Positions 1-12,642 are shown, counted from the stretch's first letter. The stretch: 64,000 nucleotides of DNA from Lama glama (GCA_028534125.1 CM052817.1:18850001-18914000); one strand, 5' to 3'. Program-made: numbers and translations. The notes: generated from the letters alone by a model not told the origin.

Positions 1-16
1 AAAGATCTACTTCAGT

Positions 17-889
17 CAGTGCTTTCAAAATAAGAATGAGAACACAAATCACCTGGGCATCATGTTAAACAGTGGATTCAGATTCTTTCCATCTGGGAAG
101 AAGCCTGATGGTCCTGATTTTCTTTTTTAATTGAAGTGCAGTCAGTTATAATGTGTCAGTTTCTGGTGTACAGCACAATGTCCCAGTCATGTATATACAT
201 ATATATTCATTTTCATATTCTTTTTCATTAAAGGTTATTACAAAGTATTGAATATAGTTCCTTGTGCTATACAGAAGAAACTTTTTTTTAAAGTTTTAAA
301 TCTTTTTTTATATATAGTGGCTAACATTTGCAAATCTCAAACTCCTAAGTTTATTCCTTCCCATTCCCTTTCCCCCAGTAACCATAAGATTGTCTATTTC
401 TGTTTTGTAGATGAGTTCATTAGTGCCCTCCTTTTTTCTTTTTTTTAAGATTCTACATGTAAGTGATATCATATGATATTTTTCTTTCTCTTTCTGGCTT
501 ACTTCACTTAGAATGACAATCTGTAGTTCCATCCATTTTGCTGCAAATGGCATTATTTTATTCTTTTTTATGCCTGAGTAGTAATCCATGGTATAAATAT
601 ACCACAACTTTATCCCATCATCTGTTGATGGAAATTTAGGTTGCTTCCTTGTCTTGGCTATTGTATATAGTGCTGCCATGAAAACTGGGGTACATGTAGC
701 TTTTTGAATTAGAGTTCCCTCCAGATATATGCCAGAAGTGAGATTGCTGGATCACATGTTAAGTCTAATTTTAGGTTTTTGAGGAACTCTATACTATTTT
801 CCATAATGGCTGCACTGAGAAGCCTATGATTTTTAATTGGCTTCTCAGTGTGCTGCAGCTTGTCCAGGCACACACTGAGAAACAAGGCC
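17..889. mobile_element. MER5B-like hAT-Charlie MITE, split by an L1 insertion (pieces ~17-120 and ~820-889)
   Basis: cagtgctttcaaa...aatcacctgggcatcatgttaaa...gattcagattc matches the MER5B first half; ccaggcacacactgagaaacaagg matches its end. Confidence 0.55.
121..815 (-). mobile_element. L1 3' end (ORF2 C-terminus + 3'UTR), cetartiodactyl/camelid type, 5'-truncated
   Basis: ORF 308-679(-) AALYTIAKTRKQPKFPSTDD...IMPFAAKWMELQIVILSEVSQKEKEKYHMISL is the L1 ORF2 C-terminus; T-rich tail at 118-128. Confidence 0.95.
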
Positions 890-1390
890 TTGGAGCACAT
901 AATGCCCTCAGAGCTTACCAGATGTAAATAACCACTGTATTTTATTTTATTGTTATTTTTATTTTATTATTGATATAATTATCTAGAAGTATATTATGAT
1001 TTCTACTCCATTGATTTATTTTGGAATGCCATTCTTATTCTTTTAGCCTGTTTCTAGCTTTGGAGCCACAATTTTAGGGAAAAAATCTGATTAGAAATTG
1101 AATTGCTTGAGGAATGTAATCACTTTTACTTACTTAATACTTTCTAAAAAGAACTCTTCAAAACTTGAAATATGCAATATGAGCACCCAGGAGGGGGAAA
1201 TGATAGACTATCTTACAAATGTGTTTGATGACAAGACCTTTCTGCCCAGAATGCTAATGAAAATCTCAAGGGAACACAGGTTAGGAACATTGCCTAAAGC
1301 CACACTAGAGTTGACTTGGAACTTCTTTGCATGTCATTTTCAGTTTGCTGTAATATATCTGTGCTTAGGCTCTTGAAAAGCAAGCGTTTC

Positions 1391-1628
1391 ACAGTGTTGT
1401 GGGTATGAGGGTGGGCCCAGGGGCAGGGCTACCTGGTTTCGGGTCCTGACTCCACCTCGTGTCTGATGTGCTTTAGGGAGTTGCTAACCTCTTCTGAATT
1501 TTACTTTACTCACCTGTAAAAATGGCATAATAATAGTTCCTACCCCAAAGCAAAGTAATAAAGCAAAACACTTAGCATGTTGCCTAGCATATAGTAAGCA
1601 TTTAGTAACTTCTACATTATAACTATTG
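1391..1628 (+). mobile_element. MIR SINE
   Basis: core ctcacctgtaaaaatggcataataatagttcctacc and 3' end cctagcatatagtaagcatttagtaa. Confidence 0.8.
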
Positions 1629-1695
1629 TGAATTTCATCCTTATTAATTAACTGTTTTTTTACCCATGGAGTTCAAAGTTTGTATTTTAAGTTAT

Positions 1696-1719
1696 ATGTG
1701 TATGTATATGTATGGTATA

Positions 1720-1781
<62 letters not shown>
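1696..1781. repeat. compound (TG)n(TA)n microsatellite
   Basis: directly visible. Confidence 0.95.
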
Positions 1782-2449
1782 TAGTATAGTTGTTACTTAA
1801 GCATTATATTGGGGTTCTTATGATTAGAATAGAAATAAAAAACAGTGACACCTCTTCCATTTTGAGTATATAGTACTAGGATTTGACCCAACAGCCTCTT
1901 CATTCCATTCCAAGTTGTACTTTCAGCTCTAAGTACTTACATAGGTTCTCAACTTTACTAATTTTGTTTTTCACTTCTCTACATTCACTTGCTCTTATTT
2001 GGTTATTGCTTGTAGTTACTTTTTAAAATTTAACTTAAAGTGTATATCCTTTCAGTTAACTTGTAAACATCATGAATCTGGGAATAATACCGCTTTATAC
2101 TTCGGTATTTACTCAAAGTGATTAACAAAGGTAAATGATTAAGTGCTTTTCCAAATAATGAAATAAACTTTACAACAAAAATTTCTTTGAATTTACCTGT
2201 AAAAGATGTTTTCTGATTTTTTAGTAACTCTATATTTTCTGATTTTTACTATGTCAGACAAAAAGTATGTGAATTACTGATTAAATTTGAGTCTGCGCTT
2301 AACCATTATACTGTAACAGGGAGAACCATAAGAGTAAGTTGCAGTGACTTATGATATGGATTAGATTAGAGTTTCAGAAATGAAGATGGGTAACATTTGG
2401 GTTTTATGTCCTTAGGTTGTTTTTTTTTTTTTCCTGATATATTTGAAAT

Positions 2450-2566
2450 GAGATAAGGAAAAGATGAAATCCCGGATTTTCCTAGATGTTTTACTTGAAT
2501 AACTCAGTAGGCTCTTCTACCTCTTACTGAGATGGAAATGACTGGAGAAGAAGCATTTTTGGATAG
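2450..2566 (-). mobile_element. L2 fragment
   Basis: ttactgagatggaaatgactggagaagaagcattttgg is the antisense of the L2 ctccagtcttccccatctcagtaa region. Confidence 0.6.
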
Positions 2567-2569
2567 TTC

Positions 2570-2955
2570 CTGGAAATTACATGGTACACTTGGGGCCACA
2601 CAGTGAAATGGGGGAGAGGGCGAGGGGGAAGAGGGGAGGGTGAGAGAACACAAAGGAGAGTGTTAGGCCTGGGGTTCTGCATTTATTAGGGTTGAAGGTA
2701 GATGCCCTGGGGCTCCCAGACTCACTCTTTATTGGTGAATTTAAAACATAAGAGGGGAATATAAAGTATGGGAGGAGAAAATAAAAACAAAAACAAGCCA
2801 TCCAATGGAAACCAACCAAGATCTGTAAAATAAAGGAGCCTGGTGGGGGAAGCAGCCTGGCTCTTTATCTCGTGTTGTGGCTGGCAGTGTGTTTATTGGA
2901 GATCTCATCCTTGAGGTGGATGCCTCAGCCGTCAAAATCGGGCACCTGCCTTACA
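2570..2955 (-). mobile_element. ERVL-class LTR fragment (MER76-like)
   Basis: ends in ttaca (TGTAA on -); ctcactctttattggtgaatttaaaacataagag and gcctggctctttatct...gtggatgcctc match the recalled MER76 consensus. Confidence 0.65.
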
Positions 2956-3007
2956 AAAGTGAAAAACCAACTGCACCAAGTTTGCACTGAGCACTGTGGA
3001 TGGCAGT

Positions 3008-3193
3008 TAGGGCAGTTAACCAGGTAGAGTGCAGGAGAACAAGTTTAAATTTGAATTCTAAATAAGTAGTTTTTTTTTTGAATAATTATTGAGCGTACTT
3101 CCTCTTAAAGAAGTATTTATTGTCTGTTATTTATTTATTGAGTATATGTCATACTTATTGCTCTGTTTTTATTTGCTAAATCTGGCAACCTTA
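3008..3193. mobile_element. MER53-like hAT MITE
   Basis: end tttttatttgctaaatctggcaacctta; start tagggc...aaatttgaatt. Confidence 0.7.
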
Positions 3194-3494
3194 AGTTAAA
3201 GATGACTTTGCTTTTTCAAGTTAGGAAATAATAAAATGTGTATTGTGATTAGACATTCCTGTAGAAAGATAGAATAATGAAAAAGCAGGCATAATTAGAG
3301 AAGTTGGATCTTCTAAGTACATAATTAAATTGAAGAAGACCCAATAAAAGAGATTGGCTTTGAGAAGAAAGGAGGCATATCTCACATAATAACCCGTAGT
3401 AAAACCAAACATGGGGCCAGATGTGAAGACAAGGAATTCGGGTGATGGGAGGATAACATGCCTGTCTAAGTACATTATTTTTAATTGAAATATC

Positions 3495-4020
3495 ATGGTC
3501 AAGGTCATAATATCATTGTCTAACCAGAAATTTCTAGGAAGGCAACAATGTTATGTTAGTTTATATAAATGAAACATATTAAAATACCCATATATGTGAT
3601 TTAATGGGTATTATAAGATAATGGTTATTTGGCTAATCGGCTAGGTACAGCCTGTCAGTACTGTGGCACTGAAAGATACTGCATCTTGTAAATCAGATTC
3701 TTTGAAGCTTTGCCAATGTTTAATGGATTCATTTCACTTGTGATGTTTATCGTATTACTTCATTAGTTATCTTTAAACTGTACATAAATATTTAAGAGTT
3801 TTAAAATTTACACATTTCTGTTTTAATGCACTTTAATCGTGTACATCAGCATAACATTGGTTACTTCATGAATAATATACATATTATTGGTATGTATTAT
3901 AATATACATGATTATTCACTGTGTATAATAATGAGGTATTCATAGGCATCAGTAAAATCACCAGCTAGTGTTTATTATCATATTATTATATGTTTATAAG
4001 TAAAACAATATGGTAACCAT
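3495..4020. mobile_element. possible hAT-Blackjack-derived element
   Basis: terminal tatggtaaccat resembles the Blackjack/MER81 TIR tatggtcaccct; interior very decayed. Confidence 0.3.
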
Positions 4021-4199
4021 CATGGGTTAAACAGGTTCACTTAAGTATTCAGAGGCTAAAGAAAAGAAATTCAAGCAGACTGTATTCATTGAAAGGCAGC
4101 AGATATGTTTCCTTTGACTAAATATGGTTTATACTGTTTTCCCACATGGCTAGTGCCCTCTTTTTAGATGAAACGACTTCCATGATAACATGTATGATG

Positions 4200-4700
4200 T
4201 TAAACAGAGCTGAGTTTGAAGACTGACTCCCGTATTTATTTTTGTATAACTTTAGTGAAGTAATGTCTCTGAACTTCTGTTTTCCAATCTGTAAAACAGG
4301 GTTAGAAACATTCATATAGGCTCAATTTGAGGATTTCAAAGATAACAAAGAGCCAAGCAGAGTGGTATCTAAATTGGCTCTCAGTATAATAATGTTAGTA
4401 ATTACTGAGAGCCTGCTAGGAGATAGGTGTTACATTAAGTGCTGTCTAGGCATTAATTTAATCCTTGTGCTAAATTACTAGACTAGTTCTATGGACAGAG
4501 GCTGACCATTGGCACATAATAAATAAATAATTTGTTGAATGGGTGATTGAATGAACAAGACTCTGGAGGACACATTGTTATTAGTACTGAACAGACAAGG
4601 GAACCAAGCACATCACAGAGTGATGAAGCAAAAATCTGACCACAGGGTTAGTTCACTGCAAAGTCCACAGTGTTCACCACCATGCTAATACCTCCACAGT
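4200..4700. mobile_element. tail-to-tail MIR pair (+ ~4200-4400, - ~4390-4700) with an L2 3' tail at ~4495-4556
   Basis: tctctgaacttctgttttccaatctgtaaaacaggg (MIR core); tggcacataat...tttgttgaatgggtgattgaatgaa (L2 tail). Confidence 0.6.
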
Positions 4701-6269
4701 TAATAGGTTAATGGGAGTTACAGTTATTTTTAAAATAAAAAAATACTCGAAGGTATTAGGAACATACAGTAATGCACCTCTAGTGAAACAATGGAGATGA
4801 AATAAGCATAGTTCTGTGGAAATTCAGGCTTTCATGCTCCACGTCTGTACGATGTCCTCATTTAAACCAACAGTGTTCTCAAAAAGGATAATCACAGTCT
4901 GGAAATATTTTTTGCGGGGTGTTTAAGTGGGAGGTGGAAGGCTGGGAGAGATTGGTGTTGATGGCTGGAAGATCCTGTCCCTAATTTAGACAGTTACGAG
5001 GGTAAATTGAGGCTGTTTGTTCTTTTTTCTCTGGGGCACTTTTGAATTATACTAAAAATTGAACACTATCCAGGGACAGTCAGAAAGAATATTTAGAGGT
5101 GCAGAAAGGGATGTTCAGTTTACTTCTGAGTAATGAGAATAGAAGTGGCTTACTCTGGGAACCTTGTCTGCATTTCAGTTACCTATGATCATACTCTTTA
5201 TACATTGTGTGCAGGTAGGAGCTTGAAGTCCCAGGGCCATATTTCCACTCACTCGGTGACTGCAAAGTCTTCGTCTTCTTTTTTTTTTTTTTAATTTTTT
5301 TGGTCCCAACTTTCCATGAGAGTCACAGTGATGTGAGAAAAACCATATAAACTGTGGAGTAATACAGATAGAGATGCAACATTTATGATTTTTTTATTGA
5401 TAATGGGAAGGAAATTTTAAAGTACAGAGAATTTCTTGTTTTCAGTACACGTCCAACCACAAAATAGAAAATTGGACTTCATTTGTTTGGCTATCTACAT
5501 AATGATCTATTACTTGGGCATTAGAGAAGATAAATTTAGAGTAACTAGAGTTTGGCATTTATTCCTAAATATGTTTCTTAAGCTCTTAAGAGAGATCGTA
5601 AGGGCAAAATCGTAAGAGAAAATACACTGTGATTACATATAATTGATCATCAACCAGCGATGCCATTCCCCAGATATGTCAGGTAAAATGATTTCTGTTA
5701 TTTTTGGAAGATGCTGTAATACATTTCATATGGATGCAACCCTGTCAAGGAGCTAGAAGGCATGTTTACTTCTGCACACATACATACATTCACACATAGC
5801 CATGTGTATATACACACAACAGATTAAGAGGAGAAAATTAATGAGTTTGTTTAACCAATGGGTTATTTAGAAATCAATGGGTTGCTAATTGACAATTCAG
5901 TTGTTCTGCTGAGTTTAACTAGTTGTCTTCAAAGTAAATGCTTAAAGGTCAGTCTCCATTTTTTATCATGGTGATTTGTGTGTCGAGACAAAATGAGAGT
6001 GCAAAATTCATAATCGAATTTGACTGAATTGGCTCGTTGATTACTGTGCTCTGTGACTTTGGACCATCTTTAACCTTCCAAATAATTAATGTACTTGAAT
6101 ATTGTAGCAAAGTGATTAGTAACATAGTCATTTTGTCAGGGCAAATGGGTCAATACATCAATCGAGGAATGACTGTTTACTGATTGATTGACTTAAGCTT
6201 AACATTGTGCATGAGATATTGTTGTTTTATTTAAATTGTTCACACAGATCACCAGAGAAGAAAGCAGAA

Positions 6270-6700
6270 GCCCTGAGGTTTTAGTCTAACTTTTCCACCG
6301 ACTAACTGTGTGATCCTGTTCTAGTTATTATCTTTGCGTGGTCTCAGTTTTATCAATAATTAAATATCACCTGTGACAAGACAGTCGTAGTTTTTTTGGA
6401 AGTTCTAATATCCTAAGGGATTCTATACACAATAATCACAATTATGGAAATAATAATAGCAATGAAAAATGTACATTGAGTGTTTATATTCCAGGAGTTT
6501 ATAGTGAGTCTTCTGTATGTATTATAATACTTAATCTGCACAGAAATCTCAGGAAGTTCGTTTTCCAAAATTATAGATAAGGAACCTGAATTTGAAAACC
6601 GTTAATAATTCAACAAATGTTCAGAGTAAGTACTGGAACCGGCACTCGCGTCAGTTTCTGCTCACACGAATTCGATGTCCCTCTCCCTCTGTTCAACAGC
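6270..6700. mobile_element. two MIR fragments (+ ~6270-6400, - ~6450-6700)
   Basis: actaactgtgtgatcctg...tctcagttttatc; tacattgagtgttta...ttatagataaggaacctga. Confidence 0.55.
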
Positions 6701-8800
6701 CACTCCTCACAGATACCAGCCACTAGTTTTCTGTTGCTCTAGGTGTGAATCAAACGTAGGTCATTGCCTTAAACCTTAGCAAGAAAAAGGGAATCTACCA
6801 CGACACCATTAACCTGCCCACGGGGGTGGTGACTTTACGGTCAGAATTAGAGACGTGGAAACTCTCCTCCGTGAGGGAGGAGTGGCCCCTGTGCCCAGGT
6901 TTTACCGCGTGGGCATTATTCCAGAAAGCCTAGACAGTTGATACAGGATTGGAAAACTTTAGAAACCCAGGCACATCCGCAGAAATCAAACTCATTAAAT
7001 CTGACTGCTTTAACCCAGTGGTTTGTCAGCAGCTCTTTCTTGAAACTCAGAATAATTAGGCAGAACATGAGACTTTGTAAAGAAGGCTCACTCTGCTATT
7101 CACTGCTGACCTAGAATATGAAAACTGCTTCAACACATACTGGCTCTTCAGAGCAAACTCAGCTCCACTGGTGTATTCTCCCCGCTTTGCACAGGGGAGA
7201 TCAGCATAAAACCCAGCACTTTTGCCAATTCCCAGTGGAGCACAGACACCTGGAAGAAGGAAAGAATTTCTACCACCTACAAGTTTCCGTTGGTAAGCAG
7301 GAAAGAGAAAGAGAACCGCTGAGACCGAGAGGAGGAAAAGATTAATAAGGGCTGCCATCAGAGCGGGAGAAAGGGTTTCTCAAGACAACAACCATAAAAA
7401 GTGCCTCCAGGACAGCTGTGCAATATGCCTTTCTTCTCCTAAAAAGGAAAAACATGACAACACAGGGAAGCAAAAGAGGACTGGAAAAGGAGATAAAGGA
7501 AGTAAGAGGTCAAGCGCCTGGAGTTGTTTAAAAAAGAAAAAAAAGGAGAAAGTGAAAGCAGAAGAAAATTTGGCTTCTTTATTTTTTTCATGTATTATAT
7601 ATGCACAGGTATTGGGGACTGGGGTCACGTGGATATTAGGTATCCGTGTAGAAAACAGCTCTGCTTATAAAAATAGATTAGGCACATCCGGAGCTTATGC
7701 ACTGCCAGCGTTTGTGTGCTCTCGACTGTCAAGTGCAGGCTCTCTAAAATACAGATTCCAAAGCAAGACTACAAAGAAAACAGTAACCAAGTAATTGATT
7801 TAGAAAAAAAACCAAAATGTGATCCTTTCTAACTGCACCCGACTAACGGTCCATGTTTGTGTGTTGTTCCTTGGCAGGTACTAGTTTTTCCCTCAAACTA
7901 TGGTTATTTCTCAATCTCTCTCACTCTTTCTCTGTGTCTCTCTCTCTGAGTGTGTGTGTATGTGTATGTGCACTTGCAGTTTTAAAATTGAGGGTCCCTG
8001 ATTTTATATATTTTTCTGGAGGATTCTACTGTGGGAAAATGACAGTCTGATTGTTATATTCATTTTAATAGAAACACTTAAATGTGTTTTATTTTTACAT
8101 ACATGTTTTTTCATTTTTAAAGGATATTCCAAAATTGTCATTAGAGATTTTGTGCATGCCTCGCAGAATCTAGTTTTTTTAAAAACAACACCCTCATGTC
8201 GGTATATTTTAAACAAAATAAGAACTCCGTGTTCAACCTAATATTGCCAGCCTCTTTTTCTGTCATCAACCCACAGTGACAGGATCTCTGCTGAGGGAAA
8301 TTAGGCTGCCTGTCTCTGATGCCATTTTTAAAATTAGCGAACTGTGCTGGTTCAAGTTGTATATCATCTAGCTTTATACATTATAATTACTTGGTAATAT
8401 ATTTCATTTATTAAGAAAAATATGAAGTGGTTAAACGATAGTCCTTGATGCTGCAAATCATGATCTTGGAAGGGGAAAAAAAGCTTCCTGGAGCCTCAGA
8501 ACAGACTGTTTTTTGCTAGTTTGCCCACAGAAGCGACGCTTAGAGAGGAAAGTGACACTCCAGTGATTTAATTATTGTTCCACTCCTTCTTACATGTGTG
8601 GCCTAATATAGCACACCGAACAGCAGAGATGACCGTACAGATAGTCATCTTCCTCCTGTTGAAACCTACAGCCTACTCACAGTCATAAATAACGCTCTCA
8701 ATTTATTGTTGTTGCTGCAGAAATGCCCACATCTTCCCTGGAAGGAGAAAGCACTACTCAAATACTACATTGCCAGCTTGACTAGCGTGCGGTGCACTGA
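6700..8800 (+). promoter_or_regulatory. candidate low-CpG promoter / first-exon region of an unidentified gene
   Basis: no recognisable interspersed repeat; CpG density visibly above the rest of the window; donor TTG|GTAAGC at 7292/7293; E-box CACGTG ~7626; ETS-like AGGCACATCCG at 6969 and 7680; MEF2-like ATAAAAATAG ~7667; (CT)n/(GT)n tract 7913-7970. Confidence 0.4.
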
Positions 8801-9129
8801 GGGAATGCCCACACATTTCAGTGATTAGCATAACAAGAGTCATGTTATGTTAAGTCTGTCCTTAAGTTATTGGAGCACTCTAGACTTGTGTATTTGCAAA
8901 GGACATGAGATGTCATCAGATCTCTTCTGTTTCGACATTATTGAATAATGGGGCTTGTGACTCTAACCTCAGTAATTGATACCAGTTGCTAAGTACCCTT
9001 TTTGTTTATAACTGAACTTCTCGCATTTCTGCCTAAAACTTGTTTCTTGACTTCTGATGTTTGCAAATGATTTGCCAGTCTGTCCCAGATTCCTCTATAT
9101 TCAGCTTCCTAATGCAGTCTTTATAATAC

Positions 9130-9550
9130 TATTACATTACATCAAAAAAGAAGCTGTCTTTTTCAATGCCTATTAAATGAAGGAAGACCCCTTTTGAGTC
9201 TGCTTTCAAACCTTAGCTGCCTCTGTATGCTCTCTCACTATTCTTGCACCCTGACATGTACCAAATTGCCCTATATTCTCCTTTGTGGGCTCCATACATG
9301 CTGTTCTAGGGTTTATGGTGGTCATGCTGTTTCACTAGCCCAGAATTTTCAACTGTTTTCTGCTTCCATTGCTCTTCAAGCAAGAAGATCCAGCCTTTCA
9401 AGATTCTTCCAAAAGACAACAGCATTAGTTTATTTAGTCTATTAATTTAACTATCATTCATAGACATTTACCATGTTACAGGCACAGCGGTTACAGTGAT
9501 GAATCAGATGCACTCAGCCCTTGTTTCCATGGTGCTCACAGTCTAGGAAT
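9130..9550. mobile_element. L2 fragments (+ ~9130-9410; - 3' tail ~9430-9550)
   Basis: catgctgtttcactagcccagaat; ttaccatgttacaggcac...cagtgatgaatcagatgcactcagccc...gctcacagtctag. Confidence 0.55.
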
Positions 9551-9721
9551 ATGTCCTCGCCTAACAGTGATTTCTTCTTTTTTTTTGGTATTATTCTAAC
9601 ACTGCACTTGTACTCTTATGGCCCTTTCTTTCTGTGGTCCATTTTGCTTTTTACCTCATGAGCATGTGTAACACACATACATGCATATTTAGACTGAATT
9701 TATATTTATATTTTAATGCAT

Positions 9722-10145
9722 CTTTCCCAGTTATATATTGCTACCTAAAAGACTACCCCAAAGCTAAATGTCTTAAAATTGTATTTTCTGTCTCATGAGT
9801 CTTTGGAACACAAATTTGGTTAGGGCATAGCAGTGATAGCTTGTCTGTTTTCTGTGCTATCTGATAACTCAGCTGAGATGGCTCAGATGCCAAGGAGCTG
9901 GAAAATCTAGGGACAAGCCAAGCATCATTATCTTTCTCCATCTAGTCTCTCCATGAGGAAGCTAGCTTGAGTTCCTCACAGCATGGTGGCCTCAGGGAAG
10001 TTGGAGTTCTTACGTAGCTTCCAAATATAAATCTTACAAAAAGCCCAAGTAGAAATAGAAGCTTTCTAGAGACTGGGCATCAGAAGGCACTCATTCCATA
10101 CTTTATTTCTGAGACAAGCCAAAAAACGTAGCCCAGATTTCAGGT
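9722..10145 (-). mobile_element. MaLR solo LTR (MLT1G/H-like)
   Basis: ttgctacc...taccccaaagctaaatgtcttaaaa and gctagcttgagttcctcacagcatggtggcctcaggg are MLT1 antisense hallmarks. Confidence 0.8.
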
Positions 10146-10175
10146 GAGTTTGATGTCTTAAAACATTACCCACAT

Positions 10176-12040
10176 ATTCTGGTTGCCACTCTGTAAGGAG
10201 TTTGAAAGTTGCCACTCTGTCCTAACAAGTAAAAAGCTGAACAGAAGACTTATTTTCAAACTATAAAAATCAAAGATAAAGAAAAATTCCTAAAAGAAGC
10301 CAGACAAAAAAATCACCTTATTTATAGAGAAACAAAGATAAGAATTCTGTACCACTTCTCAGAAACCATGCAAACAAGAAGAGGTATGGTACAGTGAAAT
10401 ATTTGAAGTGTTGAGGGGAAGATCCACCTTCCTAGAATTTCTGCAAAATTATCTTTAAAAAGTCAGGGAGAAATAAACTTTCTCAGAGAAACAAAAATTC
10501 AAAGAATTTGTTTCCAGTGAATCTGCCTTGCAAGAAATGTTAAAAAAAAGTTCTTTAGAGAGAAGGAAAATAATGTAGGTCAGAAAATCAGATTTAAATA
10601 AGGTAAGGAAGAGGAAAAAAGAAAGAATAAGTGAAGTGAAATAAAAACTTATTTTCCTATTCTTAGTTTATCTAACAGATAAGTTTATTCAAGTAATAAT
10701 GGCAATAATATACTTGATGATGCTTAATAACATCATCTGTATACATGCTTCTGGGTGCTTATATATAAATGAAATGACAAGTGATATAAGGGGTGGGAAG
10801 GAGGAATCAGAATTGTTTTATTATTACAAGGTACTCATATTGCCTATGAAGTAATATAATGCTGTTTGAAGGTGGACTTGGATTAACTGTAAATTTCAAA
10901 CTCTAGGGCAAACACTGAAAACACTAATAAAAAATGCTAAGAATGGAGAGAAAGTAGAGTAATAAAAAATGCTCAATTAAAATCACAAAATGCAGGAAAA
11001 GAGGGAAAGACAAAAAAGGAAAAAAGAGCAATGGTAATAAAACAATAAAGAATATGGTGGATATAATCCAACTCTACCAGTAATAACTTTGAACATCAGT
11101 GGTCTAATGTACCAGTTAAAAGACACAGATAGTCAGAGTTGATCTAAAAACAAGACCCAACAATATATTGACTATAAGAGACCAACTTTAAATATAAAGA
11201 TACATATAGATTAGAAATAAATGGAAAAATATGTCATACTAACACTAATTAAAAGAAAATAAAAGTAGCTGTATTACTTTCAGACAGAGCAGAGTGGAAA
11301 GCGAAGAAAGTTATGTAAATTGTGAAGCTATAAAATTCCTGGGAGATAATATAGGAGACAACTTAGACGACATTGGGGATGGTGATGGTTTATTAGATAT
11401 AACACCAAACACATGATCCATGAAAAAATAATCAATAACCTGGACAATTAAAATTAAAAAATTGTGCTCTGTGAAAGACAATGTCAAAAAATGACAACAC
11501 AGGTCACAAAATGGGAGAAAATATTTGCCATAGCACATCCGATAAAGGAGAGCTATCCAAAATATACAAAGGACTCTTAAAAGTGAAAAATAAGAAAACA
11601 AACATCTCAATTAAAAATAGGCCAAAGACCTTAATGAACACTTCAGTAAAGAAGATATACAGATGGCAAAAAAAGCATATGAAAAGGTAGTCCATATCAC
11701 ATGTCACCAGGGCAATGCAAATTAAAATAGTGAAGAAGTCACTATACGCCTTTTAGAATGGCCAAAATCCAGAACACTGACAACACTAAATGCTAGTGAG
11801 GATGTGGAGCATCAGGAACTCTCATTCATTCCTGGTGGGAATGCAAAATGGTGCAGCCACTTAGGAAGACAGTTTTATGTTGTGTCAATGTAGTGTCATC
11901 TGTTAGAACAAATGAACCACTCTAGTGGGGGATGTTGATAATGGGCAATGCTATGTGTGCGTAGGGGCGGGAGTGTATGGGAGATCTCTACCTCCCTCTC
12001 AATGTGCTGTGTGCCTTTATTTGCTCTGAAAAGTAGTGTT
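10176..12040 (+). mobile_element. ancient L1 (L1MC1-like) with both ends but three large internal deletions
   Basis: 5'UTR start (10176-10250), ORF1 C-terminus (10250-10560), inter-ORF, ORF2 endonuclease start (11070-11313), ORF2 post-RT region (11314-11876), L1MC1-type 3'UTR end (11877-12040). Confidence 0.85.
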
Positions 12041-12590
12041 AAAATCAATCATTTTATGTCTCATGATTTTGTGAAGCAAATTTGGTCAGGACATAGCAGT
12101 GATGATAAGAGTGCTAAGGAACTGTCAGCCATCCTGAACCTGCTGTAACATGCATCTTGTATAATCCAGTAGGCAAAATATCTCTTGAGTGCAGGATCCA
12201 TCTGATTCATCTTTGTTTCACCTCAGGGTGAATATTAATATAGTAATTAACACTAACTCCCACAACAGAATTCACAGTCTCAGTACCTTAATGTTACAAA
12301 ATTTTCATTTAAATTCCAATGCTGGTTATGAGATCTCTTTATATATATATATATATATATATATCATATATCATTTCTGTCCTCTAAGTAGTGTCTCAAT
12401 CTTATAGTCAGGCCACAGAGAGCAAGTGCCCTCTCTGTAACCACAACAAGGAAGCAGAGAGCTAGAGGACTGTGTGGGGTTTTATGCAGCACATCTGGAT
12501 ATAGTTTATCTCACTTTTACCCTCATCCCATTGGCCAAAGTTAGTCACATGTGTCCATCTCAGTGAATAGGAGATTAGAAAACATCACTG
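12040..12590 (-). mobile_element. MaLR LTR fragments (MLT1 piece ~12040-12105; MLT1K/L-like ~12240-12590)
   Basis: tctcatgattttgtgaagcaaatttggtcaggacatagcagtgat parallels 9790-9837; cccattggccaaagttagtcacatg. Confidence 0.65.
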
Positions 12591-12591
12591 T

Positions 12592-12638
<47 letters not shown>
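12590..12638. repeat. (TA)n microsatellite (a second one at ~12339-12364)
   Basis: directly visible. Confidence 0.95.

Positions 12639-12642
<4 letters not shown>

Noticed and set aside
308..679. 123-aa ORF and similar ones (13701, 37534, 37750, 38266, 51126) as host genes
   Set aside because: Broken L1 ORF2 fragments; no intact L1 ORF in the window
7056..7358. 100-aa minus-strand ORF with a hydrophobic N-terminus
   Set aside because: The hydrophobic start is the antisense of a purine-rich tract; no known similarity or supporting minus-strand gene structure
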